64,000 nt of DNA from contig JBBDJR010000006.1 in NCBI GenBank assembly GCA_040879785.1, positions 64,410 to 128,409 on the forward strand, written 5' to 3'. Position 1 is the first letter of the stretch. Each line of letters opens with the position of its first letter. The DNA is from Candidatus Pacearchaeota archaeon. Lineage in GTDB: Archaea > Nanobdellota > Nanobdellia > Pacearchaeales > GW2011-AR1. A program made the translations under genes and the position numbers. Of the stretch, positions 62,789 to 64,000 are shown piece by piece. The notes under the pieces are model-generated. The model was not told where the DNA came from. It saw only the letters and a list, made by a program, of their open reading frames with translations, and ran no database searches.

Positions 62789-64000
62789 ATGTCAAAAGAA
62801 AAAAGAAAAGAGTCAAAGGAAGGAATAACAACAAAGAAAGAAGAGGATATAAGTGAATGGTATACTGAAGTTGTGCAAAAAGCCGAGCTTGCAGATTATG
62901 CTCCTGTTAAAGGATTTATGATAATAAGACCAAACGCCTATTCAATATGGGAAAAAATCCAGGAAGAGTTTGACAAAACAATCAAAAGCAAAGGAGTAAG
63001 AAATTCTTATTTTCCTATGTTAATTCCCGAATCGTTCTTCAAAAAAGAGGCAGAGCACGCCGAGGGCTTCTCGCCCGAACTTGCATACATAGAAAATTCT
63101 GACGAAGACGGAAGCGAAAAACTTGCATTAAGACCGACTTCAGAAACAATAATGTACGACTCTTATAGCAAATGGATAAGATCGTGGAAAGACCTTCCTT
63201 TAAAAATAAATCAATGGTGCAACGTAATCCGATGGGAAGTAAAGCAAACTAAACCTTTCCTAAGAACGCGGGAGTTCCTATGGCAGGAAGGTCACTGCGC
63301 ATTTGAAACAGAAAAAGAAGCCGAAAAAGACATGAACGAAATGATTAACGAATATAAAAAAATGATGGAATCTCTTCTCGCGGTTCCTGCAATAGTTGGG
63401 AAAAAATCTGAAAAAGAAAAATTTGCAGGCGCGAAAACAACAATGACTATTGAAGCATTAATGCCTGACGGAAAGGCGTTGCAATGCGGAACTTCTCACA
63501 ACCTCGGGCAAAACTTCTCAAAATCATTTGATATAAAATTTAAAGGAAAAGATGAAAAAGACAATTACATCTGGCAGACTTCGTGGGGATTCTCAACAAG
63601 ATTAATCGGAGCAATTATAATGGTTCACGGAGATAATAAAGGACTGGTCCTCCCTCCAAAAATCGCCGAGAATCAAATTGTAATCGTGCCAATTCTCTTT
63701 GACAAAACCAAAGAAAAGACTCTTAGAAAATCAAAAGAGATTCAAAAATCTCTGAAAAAATACTCTCCGCTTCTTGATGACAGAGAAGATTACTCACCTG
63801 GCAGAAAATTCAACGAGCACGAACTAAAAGGGATTCCTCTAAGATTAGAAATCGGTCCAAAAGACATTGAGAAAAAACAAGTTACCCTCGTCAGAAGAGA
63901 TACAGGAAAAAAGGAAATGATAAAAGAAAAAGAGCTTAAGGAAAAAATCCCAAAAGTCTTAGACGAGATTCAGTCAGAACTTTTCAAAAAAGCTAAGAAA
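62789..64000 (+). CDS. proS: Prolyl-tRNA synthetase (archaeal/eukaryal type), 3' end beyond the window
   Basis: Hand-translated from the ATG at 62789: SEWYTEVVQKAELADYAPVKGFMIIRPNAYSIWE, RPTSETIMY and RTREFLWQEGH. The frame stays open to 64000. Confidence 0.85.
   Translation, partial: MSKEKRKESKEGITTKKEEDISEWYTEVVQKAELADYAPVKGFMIIRPNAYSIWEKIQEEFDKTIKSKGVRNSYFPMLIPESFFKKEAEHAEGFSPELAYIENSDEDGSEKLALRPTSETIMYDSYSKWIRSWKDLPLKINQWCNVIRWEVKQTKPFLRTREFLWQEGHCAFETEKEAEKDMNEMINEYKKMMESLLAVPAIVGKKSEKEKFAGAKTTMTIEALMPDGKALQCGTSHNLGQNFSKSFDIKFKGKDEKDNYIWQTSWGFSTRLIGAIIMVHGDNKGLVLPPKIAENQIVIVPILFDKTKEKTLRKSKEIQKSLKKYSPLLDDREDYSPGRKFNEHELKGIPLRLEIGPKDIEKKQVTLVRRDTGKKEMIKEKELKEKIPKVLDEIQSELFKKAKK

Overview
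AT-rich, very gene-dense archaeal segment. The style is DPANN-like: short genes, many 4-nt ATGA stop/start overlaps, intron-containing tRNAs, and TATA boxes about 28-30 nt upstream of tRNA 5' ends. All family calls come from motifs read in the supplied translations; no database search was run.

The backbone is housekeeping:
- Replication, repair and division: type IA topoisomerase, NreA-like protein, RadB, ScpB, MinD, DNA ligase, MCM plus an OB-fold protein, FtsZ.
- Transcription and translation: Rpo11, TBP, aRF1, Sec61beta, NAC, L15e, aIF2beta, aIF1A, KH/Dim2.
- tRNA charging: ValRS, a split MetRS, partial ProRS, and a long minus-strand array with both GatCAB and GatDE plus a bacterial-type AspRS.
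- A glycosylation/membrane cluster (GT39-like, GT2, Dpm1-GtrA fusion).

Four tRNAs are present: Lys-CUU and Arg-UCG with long canonical introns, Ile-GAU, and Asn-GUU. I saw no rRNA, CRISPR array or transposase.

Most unusual observations:
1. A PIN-like nuclease, a KxDG RNA-ligase-like enzyme and a small helical protein are wedged between gatD and gatE.
2. A tandemly duplicated, translationally coupled metallophosphoesterase + Pol-beta nucleotidyltransferase operon lies next to VapBC and a hyper-acidic small protein.
3. Three of the four tRNA genes are flanked by direct partial copies of their own 5' and/or 3' ends, and the two with upstream spacers (Lys, Ile) share a covarying hairpin in them.
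4. A free-standing double-motif LAGLIDADG gene plus a small AbrB-like gene sits inside the gat array.
5. A 401-bp orphan-gene insertion is bracketed by perfect 109-bp direct repeats.
6. A 53-bp tandem repeat creates two ATGA-coupled 18-codon uORFs ahead of a wHTH regulator.
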